DNA of 63,802 bases, filler included, from Cercozoa sp. M6MM (GCA_040357565.1; 10 parts of 10 records of this genome joined end to end with filler, not necessarily neighbours in it); one strand, 5' to 3'. Shown: positions 1-18,386, counted from the whole stretch's first letter. The notes: generated from the letters alone by a model not told the origin. Numbers and translations: made by a program.

Positions 1-229
1 ACATGTCATTAGTACGGATTGTAGTGACGCCAGAGTACTTGAAACTCGAAAGTTAGACTCGAACCCAGGACAGTATAAATTTATTAAAAAAACGCAACGT
101 CAGGTGCACTTCGTGCGGTCGCGATTGCGACCGAGTTAGTTCGAGGGGTTCAGTACGAGAGCCCAGTCGGGCCAGTGACAATGGGAAGGTGGTGCAGAGT
201 GCAAATACAGACCGTACTCTGCCTTCAGT

Positions 230-846
230 TTAGAAGTGCTTGCGTTTTTCGACCACAAGCTCGACGTGAGCCTGTATGAGCTGATGCGCACTGGCGGCGG
301 AGAGTTCGCCGTTCTCTTGCGCCTTGAGAATGACGACAACCTGGCTGACCAGCGCGCCGTTTTGTTGCGACGGGAGTCGCGTGTACCTGCACATGTCATA
401 ACCAGCAGTAGAGGCAGAGTGAGTGTGAAGTGAGATAGTTGTACCGCATGGGCGGCAGAGAAGTCGTTGGCAGTTCCTCTGCCAAGAGAAGGTACTCTGC
501 AGACATGGTCAACATAGAAGTCTCGCCAAGGACAGGAAGGGAGAAAGAGAAGGAAGGACGAGAAGACAGGAAGGGAAGAGAAAAGAAGAAAGCTACCGCG
601 CCACTGCGAGCATGGCTGCTCGGCAACGAGTGTGCCGATGCGACGGTAAGTCATCGCGAGCTGCTGGCGGTGCAGCACCAGACCAGCAGCGTGTTGGGCA
701 GCGCGCTTGCCCAGGACGCGCTGCACACCGCCCGACTGCTTGTCAGCAGCTGCGGTGTCGGAGTGCAAGGCGGCCAGTCTGGCGGCCTTGCGGCGGCGGC
801 GGCGGAACACGCGGGCAGAAAGTCGCGCCACGCCGCGTTTCAACAT
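230..846 (-). CDS. Hypothetical protein, 3 exons (MLKRGVARLSARVFRRRRRK...HVELVVEKRKHF*)
   Basis: ATG at 846, two GT-AG introns keep the frame, TAA at 230-232; coding-like GC-rich codons; no recognisable domain. Confidence 0.55.
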
Positions 847-1661
847 CTTCGGAATCTCCTTGGGATTCTGTCCCACAAACGATTAAAACAAAAACAATAA
901 CAATGCCTACACTCCTCTAAACAAGCAACAACACAACACACGCGGTGCCACAAACCATGTGGGCATTACTGCGTACCATCGCTTTGTCGGTAGAGGTACA
1001 AAAAGTGTTCTCAGAATTGGTGATCGATCAGTGTGCAAACGATCCCAGTCCAGCACGAAACCGTGCAGTCTGACGAGTGTGCCACCATTATGGCGTTTTA
1101 CGTGTACAATGATTTTAACGAACCCACATACAACAAATACAAAGTGCTGGCTGTCCAAGCATAACTAAGACGCAGTGTGGCGCTAGAAAAGCCAGAAAAC
1201 AACCACGATCAGCCTGGTCCCTGTGGGACACAATTTGATGAATTTCTCGCTGTGGAATGCCCCAGGAGGCACATGCTTTGGCACATGGCACGTGGGACAG
1301 GTTCCACGCCCAGCGATGGACCCTCGGGTCTGTTCTAGGATTTGGAATTGATCACGATTTCCGGGTCACTCTGCAAAATACAGTGAGTCGACAAGGCAAC
1401 TGATAGCAACTCGCATGTGCTAGATACATCTAGAACTAGTGGAGTGACACGAAAACTCTATTCTGCGTCGATAGAGAGTGCGCCTGAGGGATGCTGTGTG
1501 TAGCCACCACAAATGTACTGTACCTGTACAGTACAGTATCTACTGTACTGTACAGTACATCGCTCCTGGCTCTAAAAACAAGCAAACAAACGAAAATAAA
1601 AGGCAAGCGTTTTCGCACACACATGTAGACGGCAGCACGAAGGCTTTAACGTCCAGAATTT

Positions 1662-2051
1662 TCAAAAATACAGTATTTCACCCGAACCAAACGAAAACCA
1701 ACGACTCGCGATGAACCAACGTCGGTGGTTTGAGGGTCCAGCTGATGATGTCTTGTCATCGGCGAAATCGCAGGCCAGCCCAAAAAAGCGCGACATTGTC
1801 GGCGAGTGGGTTGCGTCGACAAACGCGCTTGTTGGCGAGTACAAAGTGCCGATTTTGACCGTGTCGTCCATCTATTTGCTGGTGGAGCAGCGGGTAGTCA
1901 GTAAGTTTTCCCTCTTCCTCCGATCGTTCAGGATCAATGCTGGTCTACCTGTCCTAGGCTCCGTAGCCAAGGTCGAAAAACGAGTTGAAAGTAAATATAG
2001 CCCTTTCGCTCTTCTCTTAACGTCCCATCGCTTAACGTCCGCAGGATCCAT
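1662..2051 (-). pseudogene. Degenerate Mutator (MULE)-like transposase fragment
   Basis: ORFs 1872..2120 and 1662..1871 are in frame across one TAG; AFVDATHSPTMSRFFGLACDFADDKTSSAGP resembles the first catalytic-Asp motif of MULE transposases; intronless and AT-richer than neighbouring genes. Confidence 0.4.
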
Positions 2052-2064
2052 GACCGAGAACGAT

Positions 2065-2340
2065 GCAAAGATGCAAAATCTTGAGCGCAATATTGAGAAG
2101 ACCTGGAAACGTAACAACATTTCATCAAATTGGTACTTTCCGTCTTTTGAGTTTGAGGTGCTAAAATTTAGAGTCCATTGAAAAAAATGAAAAATATCGA
2201 GCGCAATTTCAAGAAGACTTGAAAGGTAAAAACACCATCAAATTGGGAAATTTGTTCAAATTTGGAGGTGCTTAGAATCCGTTGAAAACAATGAAAAATC
2301 TCGAGCACAATTCCAGAGAAGTTAAAACACTGTAAATTCT
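2065..2340. repeat. About 2.5 imperfect ~110-bp tandem repeats (atg(c/a)aaaat(c/a)t(t/c)gagc(g/a)caat...tcaaattgg...gaggtgct)
   Basis: Units start near 2071, 2187 and 2291 with shared cores. Confidence 0.7.
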
Positions 2341-3054
2341 AGGGAATCCGATTTTGCATTCCCTTCTCTGCTACTCTTTAGATTTCAAAGACGGAGATTC
2401 GAGCGCTATACTTCGCCACGCCTGCCTCTTGCCTTTTTTCGAAGGGTGCCTTTATTTGTATTTGGACTGGGAGGCGATGTTCACATTTCTAGACTGATCA
2501 GGAACCTCCTCGTTTCCCTCCTCACTCGACACCTTCAAAAGTTCCCAAGCTTCAATGATGCTTGAACAAGAAAGAAAAAAGTCTAACGTCCAGTCTAGAA
2601 GCATCAAACCAAGGAACTTTGCAGGCATTGTCACAGAGGATATCATGCTGAAGAAGATTGCTACCTCTTGCATGAAGACAAAATACCTCTACGTCCACGC
2701 TTGCATGAAGACAACTCAAGAAACGAAACCACGGAATCGTTCCTCAATATCCTCGAATTTCGAAACAGCGTTTGCTTGCTGACGAAGAGCCACAATATTA
2801 ATACCTCGCAAATTCGATGAAAAGAACTCTAGCTTTTCGACGACCTTTTCTACAACGCAAGGTATGTCTTAGCATCGACGATTCTAACTGCCGTTTTACT
2901 TCCTTTATTTAGTCGTCTTCAATACCTTAGTTACTATGGTTTCCATACCGTAACACAAAACTAATCTAAATTCCGATATTTCGAAGCGGTTTCCGTTCGG
3001 TTGAATGTGGTTTTCGTTTCAACTTTGGGGCAGTTCGAGTTGCGTTCAGTTAAG

Positions 3055-4168
3055 TCACTGACGCGCGTGGTCGTTCAGCACCTGCGCCACGCAGGCCGTG
3101 AGACGCGCCAAGAAGGGCACGTGCAGCATCTCGTTCGGCCCGTGCGCATTGCTCTGCGGGCCCAGTACGCCTGCCCAGGGATAGGGGATAAGGGAGAAGG
3201 GGATAGGGTAAGGGAATTGCGGGGGGGGGGGGGGGGGGGGGAACTACCAGTCACAACGAAAGACGCCTTTGGGAACAACGTGGCCAACTCGCCCATCAGC
3301 GGGATGCTGACTCCTTCCGCCTAGAGGGGAGGGGGTTAACAAGGTAAAGGAAGAGTTAAGAGAGTGAAGGAAGGGTCAAGAGGGCAAAGACGGGTTAAGA
3401 GGGTGAAGGAAGGGCAAAGGAAGAGTTAAGAGGGTAAAGGAAGGGTTAAGAGGGTAAAGGAAGGGTTAAGAGGGTAAAGGAAGGTAAGGGGAGGACGTAA
3501 AGGTACCAGGAAGCGCGGCGGCAGGCCGAAAAAGTTCTCGCTGGCGGCGTCGACACTGCGACGGAGCCAGTGCGGCAGCGGCGGCATGCACCAGCCCTCG
3601 CCGTAGCCTGTGTGTGTGTGCAGTTATACCCCCCTCTTTACCCCCCTCTATTTACCCCCCTAACCCCCCTCAGGGTAAGGTACCGACATTGTGAAGTGAC
3701 ACGTGGCAGTGGTAGGGCGCCTTGGCCTCCACCAGGAGTTCGTTGAGTGCCTGTGCAGTTATACCCCCCTGTTTACCCCCCTCTATACCCCCCTGTTTAC
3801 CCCCCTCTATACCCCCCTGTTTACCCACTGTACCCCCCTGTTTACCCCCCCCCCCCCCCTGCTGTCGTTGTACCCGGACAGCGTCGTCGCCCTTGAGCGT
3901 GGGCGGCATACGAATCGAGAATTTCGCCGTCGTGCGCGGTCGCAGCACTGCACACGTGGTCGATCAATGATCGATCAGTGATCGCATATGATCGATCAGT
4001 CAGAGGGACGGTTACCGTTGCCGGCAGCGAGGCAGGAGGGCGCACCGTCCATGCCGGTGACACAGAGGGTCGGTCGCCACGTGCGATTCAGCTGCAGCTG
4101 CAGCAGCTCCGACGACACCGGCCGCGTCGACTCGCGCCACGGAAAGTCGCGTGTCAGTGCCTCGCCTG
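3055..4168 (-). CDS. M20/M25/M40-family metallopeptidase, C-terminal part (5' end lost at contig edge)
   Basis: Spliced product LNRTWRPTLCVTGMDG..GNVLRP..SIRMPPT...EGVSIPLM...FVVTGVLGPQSNAHGPNEMLH, the M20 C-terminal His motif. Confidence 0.9.
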
Positions 4169-4268
4169 NNNNNNNNNNNNNNNNNNNNNNNNNNNNNNNN
4201 NNNNNNNNNNNNTTAATTAATTAANNNNNNNNNNNNNNNNNNNNNNNNNNNNNNNNNNNNNNNNNNNN
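4169..4268. other. Artificial contig spacer (N-run, TTAATTAATTAA, N-run); same spacer centred at 8705, 18459, 22239, 26751, 53108, 56722, 58039 and 62543
   Basis: Identical 12-mer with stops in all six frames, flanked by ~44 Ns, nine times; genes are truncated at several of them. Confidence 0.97.
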
Positions 4269-4298
4269 ACACACACACACACACACACACACGCGCGC

Positions 4299-4412
4299 AC
4301 CTCGCTCTCTTTGGCGGCGCCGACAATCTCGGTCGACAGAGCAACGCACGGTTCGTCCACCGTCACCCACGGGCGATCACCTAAACCACAGGCACATGCA
4401 CACACCCACACA

Positions 4413-4462
<50 letters not shown>

Positions 4463-4563
4463 NNNNNNNNNNNNNNNNNNNNNNNNNNNNNNNNNNNNNN
4501 NNNNNNNNNNNNNNNNNNNNNNNNNNNNNNNNNNNNNNNNNNNNNNNNNNNNNNNNNNNNNNA

Positions 4564-4643
<80 letters not shown>

Positions 4644-5059
4644 ACACACACGCGTTCGCACTTGCACAAAGAGACACACGAAAGGCCAGGACAGAGCATG
4701 CTACCGTGGAAGTGTCCCTCGACAGCCTCGAGCGCCCACTTACTCATCTCTTCCTGGATAAAGTCGGCCGCCTTGCGAGGCTGCAGACCGAGCGAATTGC
4801 CGCACATGTAGATCGAGTCCTGCTTCGGATCCTTCGGCGCGTGCGCAATGTTGAACTCAGAGCGCATGTGCTTGAACTCGTCGTTGTCGTCCATGTGCTT
4901 CGCGAACTCCTCACTGAGAACACATAAACAATTGTACGTGCCCCAGGCAAGGGAAAGAGGACAACGCTACGACAGCAGGTCAACATCAAAGTTCGACGCC
5001 AGGGAAGCCAAGCGGCTCGCCAACTCGTCCGCTGTTTTGGGCACGTCGGGCGCAGTCAT
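4299..5059 (-). CDS. KYNU: Kynureninase, N-terminal part
   Basis: SIYMCGNSLGLQPR...EMSKWALEAVEGHF..RPWV..IVGA..SEV motifs; GT-AG introns. Confidence 0.92.
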
Positions 5060-5252
5060 TACCTCCACACTATTAAACAATTGAAGCACACACGCTTGCA
5101 CTGGTGTATTGTACAGATAATTGACAACAATTCAGATTTGGTTGAACTACCGTACTGTACAGTAAAGTTGAAAGCACGCATCAACCACGAGATTTAGTGT
5201 TGATTAGTGTCAGCTACGCAACTAGAAGTTTATTGTTCTAAACGCACGTTAG

Positions 5253-7933
<2,681 letters not shown>

Positions 7934-8614
7934 CGTCACTTACGGCACAGGGCCCAACGTGCCACCCTCAAGTACGTGCACGTGTCACCACTGTGCTCAG
8001 TACACGTCAAATAGCGGCAATATGCTCATGTGATTCCCCTCTTACGATCGTTCATACACGGCTGGCCAAGAAAGTTATTTTCGTACCAAAACAAGGAGCT
8101 AAAGAAAGGTGCCAACACGTTTAGTGTTTGAGTGAATTTGGCTGCGTCTGTGTTCTCTGCAGTGCACGTCACACGTCTGCAGTGCAAGAGTCGCAAGGCG
8201 CTGATCGACAAGTGCAGCACCGTCAGTGCAAGTGGTACCCTTCAAAAACGACCAATTGCCTGACTGATGTTCGGCTAAGACTGCTTGAGGCCGTTAGTGG
8301 CGCTAATGCCTACCTACTGCCTACCACTGGTTCTGTGGCACCGTACCTTCCGAAAAGCGGCGAAAAATCGGCCAGCTTGTTTTGTGTTGCAATTATTTTG
8401 TCTAATCAGAACTCGTAGTTCGACAGTAGAGTGTCAAGCACGCCGCCACACTGCGCGGGCAGCATGTCGATCGGGCGTACCTGCCGAAACACACCATGTG
8501 ATCAAACAACAGGAAAAGCTTGGAATGGAAAACGCACAAAGTCGCAAAAACGCTCGTCTCTCGATGCGAATTCGCGAAGTGCGCGGCCGTACCTGCCAGG
8601 GGGAAACACCCTTG

Positions 8615-8660
<46 letters not shown>

Positions 8661-8760
8661 NNNNNNNNNNNNNNNNNNNNNNNNNNNNNNNNNNNNNNNN
8701 NNNNTTAATTAATTAANNNNNNNNNNNNNNNNNNNNNNNNNNNNNNNNNNNNNNNNNNNN

Positions 8761-9055
8761 GGGGGGGGGGGGGGGTACACGAATCCTCGTCCGTGTCGAG
8801 TCGTGTGCGACTGTGCGAGCGACTGCCGCGTCGACTGCTGGCGTGGCTGCTGCCCGTGCCTGTGCGCAGGCTGCGACTGCTGCCCGGCAGGTTGGCCGGC
8901 GACAGCGGCTGCGAGTGCGACGACACATCGCTCAGCAGCGAGCACGACTGTTCCCAACGATCGTATTATCATATTCATATCGATCGATATATCAATAGCT
9001 CTGTAAACATTATGTTATGAGAAATAAATTTAGATGAGCATATATGTAAAAGGTT

Positions 9056-9096
<41 letters not shown>

Positions 9097-10434
9097 TATT
9101 GCATACCGACATGCGTCGCTCCAAGTTGAATCGTCGCTCCATGTCCATTTCGACCGCCTGCTCCACATCTGTCGTGCTGCGTGTCAGTCTGATCAGTCAG
9201 GGGGAAGGGGGGGGGGGGGAAAGTGTAGGGAGGTGATAGGGTGTAGGAAGCAAAGGGTACTGCGAGTTCTTCTCCTGCTCGGCCTGTAGTTGCTGCTGTA
9301 GCACGACGTTCTTGTTGCGCAGGGCCGTAACCTTGGTGTTGAGCGCGCGATTCTGCCGTCGCAGCTGCCTCACGCGACGTCGTAGCGCGTCGCAATCCTC
9401 GCTGCACAGGTCCTCCGAGTCCATCTCGTCGTCCGTCGTCATGCTCTGCACCGGGTAGGCCCATAAAGCATCTTGAGAACGACAAGCTTTCACAATCTCC
9501 AAAAGCGAGTGAAAGCTCCAAGCCAGTGAAAGCGTAGACACAGTGAGCGAAAGCACCTGCTGCTGTAGCTGCGCCACTTGCTGTTGCAGCTCTTGCTTCT
9601 CGCGCTCGGCACGTGACAACTTGCGACTGAGCAACACACGCACACTCACATCAAACACCAAGAATTAAAGTGCCAAACGTACAGAAGTTCATTGCTGATG
9701 AATTCTTCTTCCTCTTCGAGCTCACGCGCAAGCTGCGCTTTCTCCTGCTTGCTTTCCTCGAGCTTGCGAATCATCGTGTTGAGTCGCGCCTCATCCTCCT
9801 GCTCCTGTTCAGCGGCGACCGACACAAAGTGCGACCGCAGCTGCTGCAAGGCGCTCTGCACGAAGACAAGGGACACGCTTTAATTGAATGAAAGCATCGA
9901 AAGAGACAGTGGAAGAACTGCAAACTAAAAAGCTGAAAATGGAAGCTGAAAATGAAAGCTCCAAAAAAGAAAAAAGTTAAAAGTAAAGCTTAAAAGTCAA
10001 AGTGAAAGCTTCAACAAGGAAAGCTGTTAACCAATGGCAAAGCCTCGTACCTCAGCGCGATCGGCGCGTTCTCTTTCGCGCTGCAGGTTGGCGCGAAGTT
10101 GTTCTACAAGCACAAAACTCACTCGAGTGTGGGAAGTGGCGGCATTGCGCTGCCGTAGCAGGTGCTGCGGCGACAACTGCGCTGGCTGGGGTGGTGAAAA
10201 TGACCTGCGCCGCGACAGGCAGGTCTGTAGAAAAAGGCCAGGTGGTGGTACTGCCGACGAGAACGACGAGTTCACCGACTGCGCGTCCACGGCAGCCTCG
10301 ATCTCGCTCGGAGCAGGCACTGTAGCCACAGTGGCATCGTCCAGCGACACTGCGGACGAAACGAACGAGCTCGCAAACGTCACAGCCGTTGGCTCTGGTG
10401 AAGGCAGCGACTGCTCGCCCACGCTTCTTGGCAT
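8761..10434 (-). CDS. CCDC6 (DUF2046)-like coiled-coil protein, 3' end truncated
   Basis: AEQEQEDEARLNTMIRKLEESKQEK..ELEEEEEFISNELLRKL and EMDMERRFN match CCDC6 motifs. Confidence 0.75.
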
Positions 10435-11135
10435 TCGTCTCGCTTCCGAACACGACCAGAGAGGCGGTCTTGAAGGCAGTACCACCACCCAGAGTGACCG
10501 GGAGAAACGCGCGGAATCACGACTGACCCAAAAAAGATCGGAAACCGCGCTGGCGAAACGCTTTCAAAAATTAGCTTCCTAAGGTACCCTGCAACAAAAC
10601 CCACCGGAAACCCCCAACATCTCACGGACAAAACAAGAAAACGGTCCCCAGCCAGCGGTCGTTTTTAAATCGTTTTTGAATGTCAGAATGGTCATCTTCT
10701 CACCGACCAAAGAAGAGGACGAATCGGACATCTATGGCACTCTGTGGCAAGACCTTTGCCGACTGAGGCGGCCAGGTTGCTCCTGCTGCCTGGCAGCCCG
10801 AAATCTGGCAAAACGAATCTGTGGGCAGCATCGGCTCAGAAATTGTTCGCTTCGTGAGCCGGTAGCGACGAAGGCGGTTATGCTCGCGTGCACCAACTGT
10901 AGCGAGCTCTTCACGGCAATCGTGTGTTGTGCTTACAAATCACGGACAGTGTGCAGCGACACAAAAGGTCGCTCGTTCGCATCGTGGCTTTGTCGCTCTT
11001 TTTCTTGCTTTGCTGGAATGTTGCTGCCCCACAGCCCGAATTCAGGAGTGTCGTGTGTGCCATGATGCGTGTGTTGTTGTTGTGCAGTCTAGTCTACCCG
11101 TAGACTCAGAACAGAAGAAAAAAACTCAATCGAAA

Positions 11136-11927
11136 ATGGTCGACTTCTCTGGCAAGCTCGGCGCCGCTCGTTTGCTCAGCATCGTCGCCTTTGTGCTCAC
11201 GGTCCGTGCATTTATGTCTGCTACCGGTGTGTGTGTGTGACATTATCGGTGTCTGTGCAGTGCGTGTACGCCATCTCGAAGTTCGCCGAGGCTGACTACA
11301 AGCTGGCGTAGCAAAGAGCCTTTTGCCATGCTATATGGTGTGCAGTTGTTATCTGGGGTCCTGAAAGGAGCAGTGGCATCGACGGCCCGGTCTCGTTGTA
11401 CTCGAGTGGCTACAAGTTCCGCATCGTGTGGACGGCCTTTATCGCCTTTGGCGTGTCGGGCCTGACGCTCTACACGTTCTTCAAGGCGCTGTCGGAGGAC
11501 GCGTACAACCTGTTCCTCGGTGCCTCGGTGGTCTTCCTCAACGTGCTGATGCTCGACATGATGAACCCTTGTAAGTTCTTGTCACTCTTCTCCTTACTTC
11601 ATGTGAGGTGTTTTTACGTGTATCGTTTATTTGTATGCATGTGAGCAGCGGTGCACGATTTCCGCTGCGTCATGGCCTGGCTGCTCTTCATCGGCCACGC
11701 TGCTCTCGTCGTGCTGAGCCACATGTGGCGTGTTGAGGTACCCCGTGTTCACCCTTCATCCCTGCCTTTCAAAACCTTTAAAAACCCTTTCACTCCTCCC
11801 ATCCTACCCTACCCTCCAGATCCTTGGTGCCGGCTTCTCGCCGTCGGCCGACCCGACGGTCGCGCAGCACGGCCAGGGCTACAGCAACTTCAACGCGCCC
11901 TCGGCCACCGGCGCTGATGCCATCTAA
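11136..11927 (+). CDS. Small multi-pass (about 4 TM) membrane protein, 5 exons
   Basis: ATG 11136; four GT-AG introns keep the frame to TAA at 11927; hydrophobic segments. Confidence 0.75.
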
Positions 11928-12409
11928 GAACGCCCCTTCCAACGCCATCTTGGCTTCCTCCCCGTCTCATTAACTCAAGACTTGTGCTCTCTCTCTCTCT
12001 CTCGTCTCGCCGACGCAGCTGCCTGGCCACCGTGTCGTGCAGCGTGCACTTGCGTGTCTTTTTAGTGAACTGAGTTGAAACGATACACCCTATCATCCGA
12101 ATAAGTTCATGTTCCATCAGTCTCATCGCAGAATCAGTCTAGCCGAATACTCGATCAAATCATGATTTATGTCACGCTGTGCAATTTAACAGGGTGCTAG
12201 GAGTACAATTGAACTGCCACAGCACTGAGAGGTGCCGAGAGATCGGAGCCGATCGCAGTCGTGAGCCGAAATAATTCGCGAATCAACACACGTGCGACCT
12301 CGAAACAGTGTACAGTAGGAACCGCCTGGTCGTATCGCAGGAGTGAGCTTATCTCTAGCACTGCTGGCACGCAGTTATTGCCCCGCGCGAGACACCTTTT
12401 TGCAACAAT

Positions 12410-14302
12410 AGTTTTTTTCCGTGTGGCTGGCGCTTCCTAGGCCCAACGCTTTGAGCGTGCTGGGAGCTGTGGCTTGAGTTACTGGCACTTTTTGGCATTT
12501 GTGTGGCCTGTGCTTCCATTTCTGCATTCTCAGTCGCGTTTTCCCGTGCGCAGTGGTCAAATTCCTGTACCTGATCCGGCCGTTGCTGTCGTTCGTGCCG
12601 GACATCAAACGCCCCGATGGCCCGGTAGCTCTGGACAACCTGTGCATGCAGTTGGCTAGCGGTTTGGTGCTGATGTTTGCTCGTGATTTTTGTGTTTTCA
12701 GATCGCGTTCCGCGAGAAGGCGTTGTGGACGGTGGCGACGCTGCTGATCTTCTTGGTGTGCTGTCAGATCCCGCTGTACGGTATCTCACACGCCCAGGTG
12801 GCGGACCCGCTGTACTGGGTGCGCGTGATCATGGCGTCGAACCGCGGCACGCTGATGGAGCTCGGCATCTCGCCGATCGTGACGTCGTCGCTGATCTTCC
12901 AGTTGCTGGCCGGCAGCAAGCTCATCTCGGTGAACTACTCGAACCCGGAGGAGCGCATGCTGTTTGGCGCGGCGCAGAAGTTCTTTGGTCTGCTGATCAC
13001 GTTCGGACAAGCCTTTGCCTACGTGAGCAGTGGCATGTACGGCGATGTGGCCACCATCGGCTACGCCAACGCTCTGCTCATTGTGATCCAGCTCACGCTG
13101 GCCGGTAGCACGACTCTTCCTTTACTCTTCCGCCCTCCTATTTCCTTTTGTCGTGCAGGTGTGATTGTGCTGCTGCTGGACGAGATGTTGCAGAAGGGCT
13201 ACGGCATTGGCTCGGGCATCTCGCTCTTCATCACGACGTCGATCTGCGAGACCATCCTGTGGAAGGCGTTCTCGCCCACCACGATGGACACGGGTAGGCT
13301 TTGTTTATGTTTCCTTCCAGCGACCTGTGTGCCTGTCTGCTTACCCCTGTATCATCAGGCAAGGGCACGGAGTTCGAGGGCGCCGTGATTGCGCTGTTCC
13401 ACCTGCTGCTGACGCGACCCAACAAGTTCGCCGCGCTGTACGAGGCCTTCTTCCGCAGCAACCTGCCTAACCTAACGGTATGACAGTTGTGTCTCGTGTG
13501 CCTGTGCATGTTATTGACGGTACACGTGCGAGCAGAACCTGCTGGCCACGCTGGTGGTGTTCGTGGTGGTGATCTACTTCCAGGGCTTCCACGTGACGCT
13601 GACGGCGCGCTACGTCAAGTACCGCAACATCTCGCAGCCCTACAAGATCAAGCTGTTCTACACGTCGAACATTCCGATCATCCTGCAGACGGCGCTCGTG
13701 AGCAATCTGTACTTCTTCTCGCAGCTGCTGTTCCGCCGCTTCCCGACGAACTTCCTGGTGAACCTGCTGGGCCAGTGGCAGTACAAGGAAGGCGGCCAGG
13801 CCGTCCCAGTCTCTGGCCTGGCGTACTTCCTGTCGCCGCCGCAGTCGCTCGGCGAGGCTGTGACGGCGCCCTTCCACACGGCCATCTACTTTGCCTTCAT
13901 TCTGTTCGCGTGTGCCTTGTTCTCCAAGACCTGGATCGAGGTCTCGGGCACCTCGCCGCGGTAGCCCCTCCGCCTGTCCTGTGTACCCCCTTTACCGTTT
14001 TACCCCCTTCTGTGTCCCTCTGTAGCGACGTGGCCAAGCAGCTGTCGGACAACGGCATGGTGATCCAGGGCTTCCGACGCAACATGTCGATCGAGTACCT
14101 CAACCGGTACATCCCGGTGGCGGCCGAACTCGGTGGCGTCTGCATCGGCCTGCTGTCGCTGTTCGCCGACATGATGGGCGCCATCGGCAGCGGCACCGGT
14201 ATCCTGCTGGCCGTCACTAACATCGTCTCCATCTACGAGCAGTACGCCAAGGAGCAGGCGCAGAGCGGACAACTCTTCAACCTCTACGGCGGCGGCAACT
14301 AA
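12410..14302 (+). CDS. SEC61A: Protein translocon subunit Sec61 alpha (start codon apparently split A|TG by the first intron)
   Basis: [73 protein letters not shown]. Confidence 0.97.
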
Positions 14303-14548
14303 ACCGCGCCATGTCACGCTTCATTCACCTTAAGTTAATTGGCGATTTAACCTGAGGTTCGAGACGGAAAGACGTTTGACGGGCAGGCGGCCGAATTCAT
14401 AGGATTTTGCTGCGGTAAAAAACCTGCTGGGATGGTCTGAAGCGCATTTCAATAGTCTTTTGGCACTACCTAAACGCCCTAATGCTTGATCAATCAAAAA
14501 ATGCCCAGTAATTACAACCTTTGGCAACGGAAGGCGAGAAACCGTCGC

Positions 14549-15638
14549 CTACCGACGCGCCTCGGCGGCCTGTGCCAGTGCGGCTGTGAGTTGCGCGAGC
14601 TCGTTCTTCATCTGCGCACGCGCGGCGTCGCTCTGTGCCTGTGCTGCCAGCGTCGCCTGTCGCCGCCTGAGAAATGCACTCCCTTAAACACTCCCTTTAA
14701 ATACACTCCCTTTACACTCCCTTTAAATACACTCCCTTTACACTCCCTTAAATACACGGTGCATGTGTGTGTAAGGGACTGTATTTAAAGGGGTAGAACC
14801 GTTCCTGTCGCTCGTGACGGCGCTGAGCGGCCTCATCTCGTTGCAGCAGCAGCTGATCGAGCTGCACGACGGCCTGCGTGTGCGCATTCACCGCCTGCAG
14901 CGGGTTCGAACGGAAGGCCTCGTTGCTCAGCACGGCTACAGCACGCAAGCTAAAGGGTGAGGGTGTTTCAAAGGATACATTAATTGGGATACCGTTGAAC
15001 TGAGCGATTTCGGCCGAGGCGAGCTTGCTGCGCGCTTTCTGCGAGAGTTTCTTGCCACGCCGACCGCCTCCTGTGGGAAGGGGTAAAGGAGATGGGGGAA
15101 CGAAGGAAACCGCTGTACCAGGAAGCACGTCGTGCACGTGTGATCGCAGTGCTTTTGGCTGTTTCTTCTTTTTCGGCTCAGCAATCACCTGGTTGTGCTC
15201 CGGAGCGTCCTTCAGCGTTTTTTCCGAGGCGACAATTTCCTTCAGCACTGCACAACAAAGCATTTGTGACAACTCGCCCCTCAAATGTGTCTACTTTGAT
15301 TCGTGTACCAGCTTGCAACGGCGAAATCGCGTTCAAGCCGCCTTTAAGCTGTTCTTCCGTCTTTTTCTCGCTCTAAAAAAAACATGCTCAGCTGATAAGA
15401 GTGCATCTGCTTGAGATCATGCTACCAGCTTGGCCAACAAAGCTGTGCGTCGGTCCTTTCGACGTGCCAACTTGCCAGTGTTGCGCTTCGACTTGACGGC
15501 ACTGTGTGTGTCTACGATCAACGTTCAGAAAATAAAATACGGCCATCGGGGATGATGCCTCGGCGCACCTGATCCCGACTGAAACGGTGCTGCAGAGGCC
15601 GCCGCAGCCCGGCGGCGCATACGAGGCGCCTTCTTCAT
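14549..15638 (-). CDS. SLX9/FAM207-like ribosome biogenesis factor
   Basis: Basic N-terminus and EIAQFNAVLSNEAFRSNPLQAVNAH, resembling the Slx9 domain; start codon inferred. Confidence 0.65.
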
Positions 15639-15781
15639 TCTTAAGCTCTTGAGAGCACAAAAAAGACGTGTTTCTGGTCTCAACGAGTGAGCGCCGAGCA
15701 AAATTAAAGCCGCCTAGCAGCCGGACACAAGCCGAAGCTAGTGTGTGTACGTGTGGTAACCTCCACACAAGTAACGCAAGC

Positions 15782-18386
<2,605 letters not shown>

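Noticed and set aside
868-1300. Degenerate inverted similarity (ctgtcccac..gtgcca..catgtg..gggcatt) as MITE TIRs
   Set aside because: The match is short and gapped, with no clear target-site duplication
1872-1874. In-frame TAG as evidence of stop-codon reassignment
   Set aside because: Conserved genes end normally in TAG (ICMT, DDX46), TAA (SEC61A, ProRS) and TGA (M20, uridine kinase), and their spliced exons have no internal stops
2065-2340. CRISPR-like array (also considered for 62161-62498)
   Set aside because: Degenerate tandem units without unique spacers, no cas genes, eukaryotic context
4213-4224. Recurrent TTAATTAATTAA palindrome as a biological element
   Set aside because: Always embedded in fixed-length N-runs, often at gene-truncating breaks; it is an artificial six-frame-stop contig linker
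3055-5059. Metabolic cluster of M20 peptidase and kynureninase
   Set aside because: The two genes are on different contigs joined by the artificial linker
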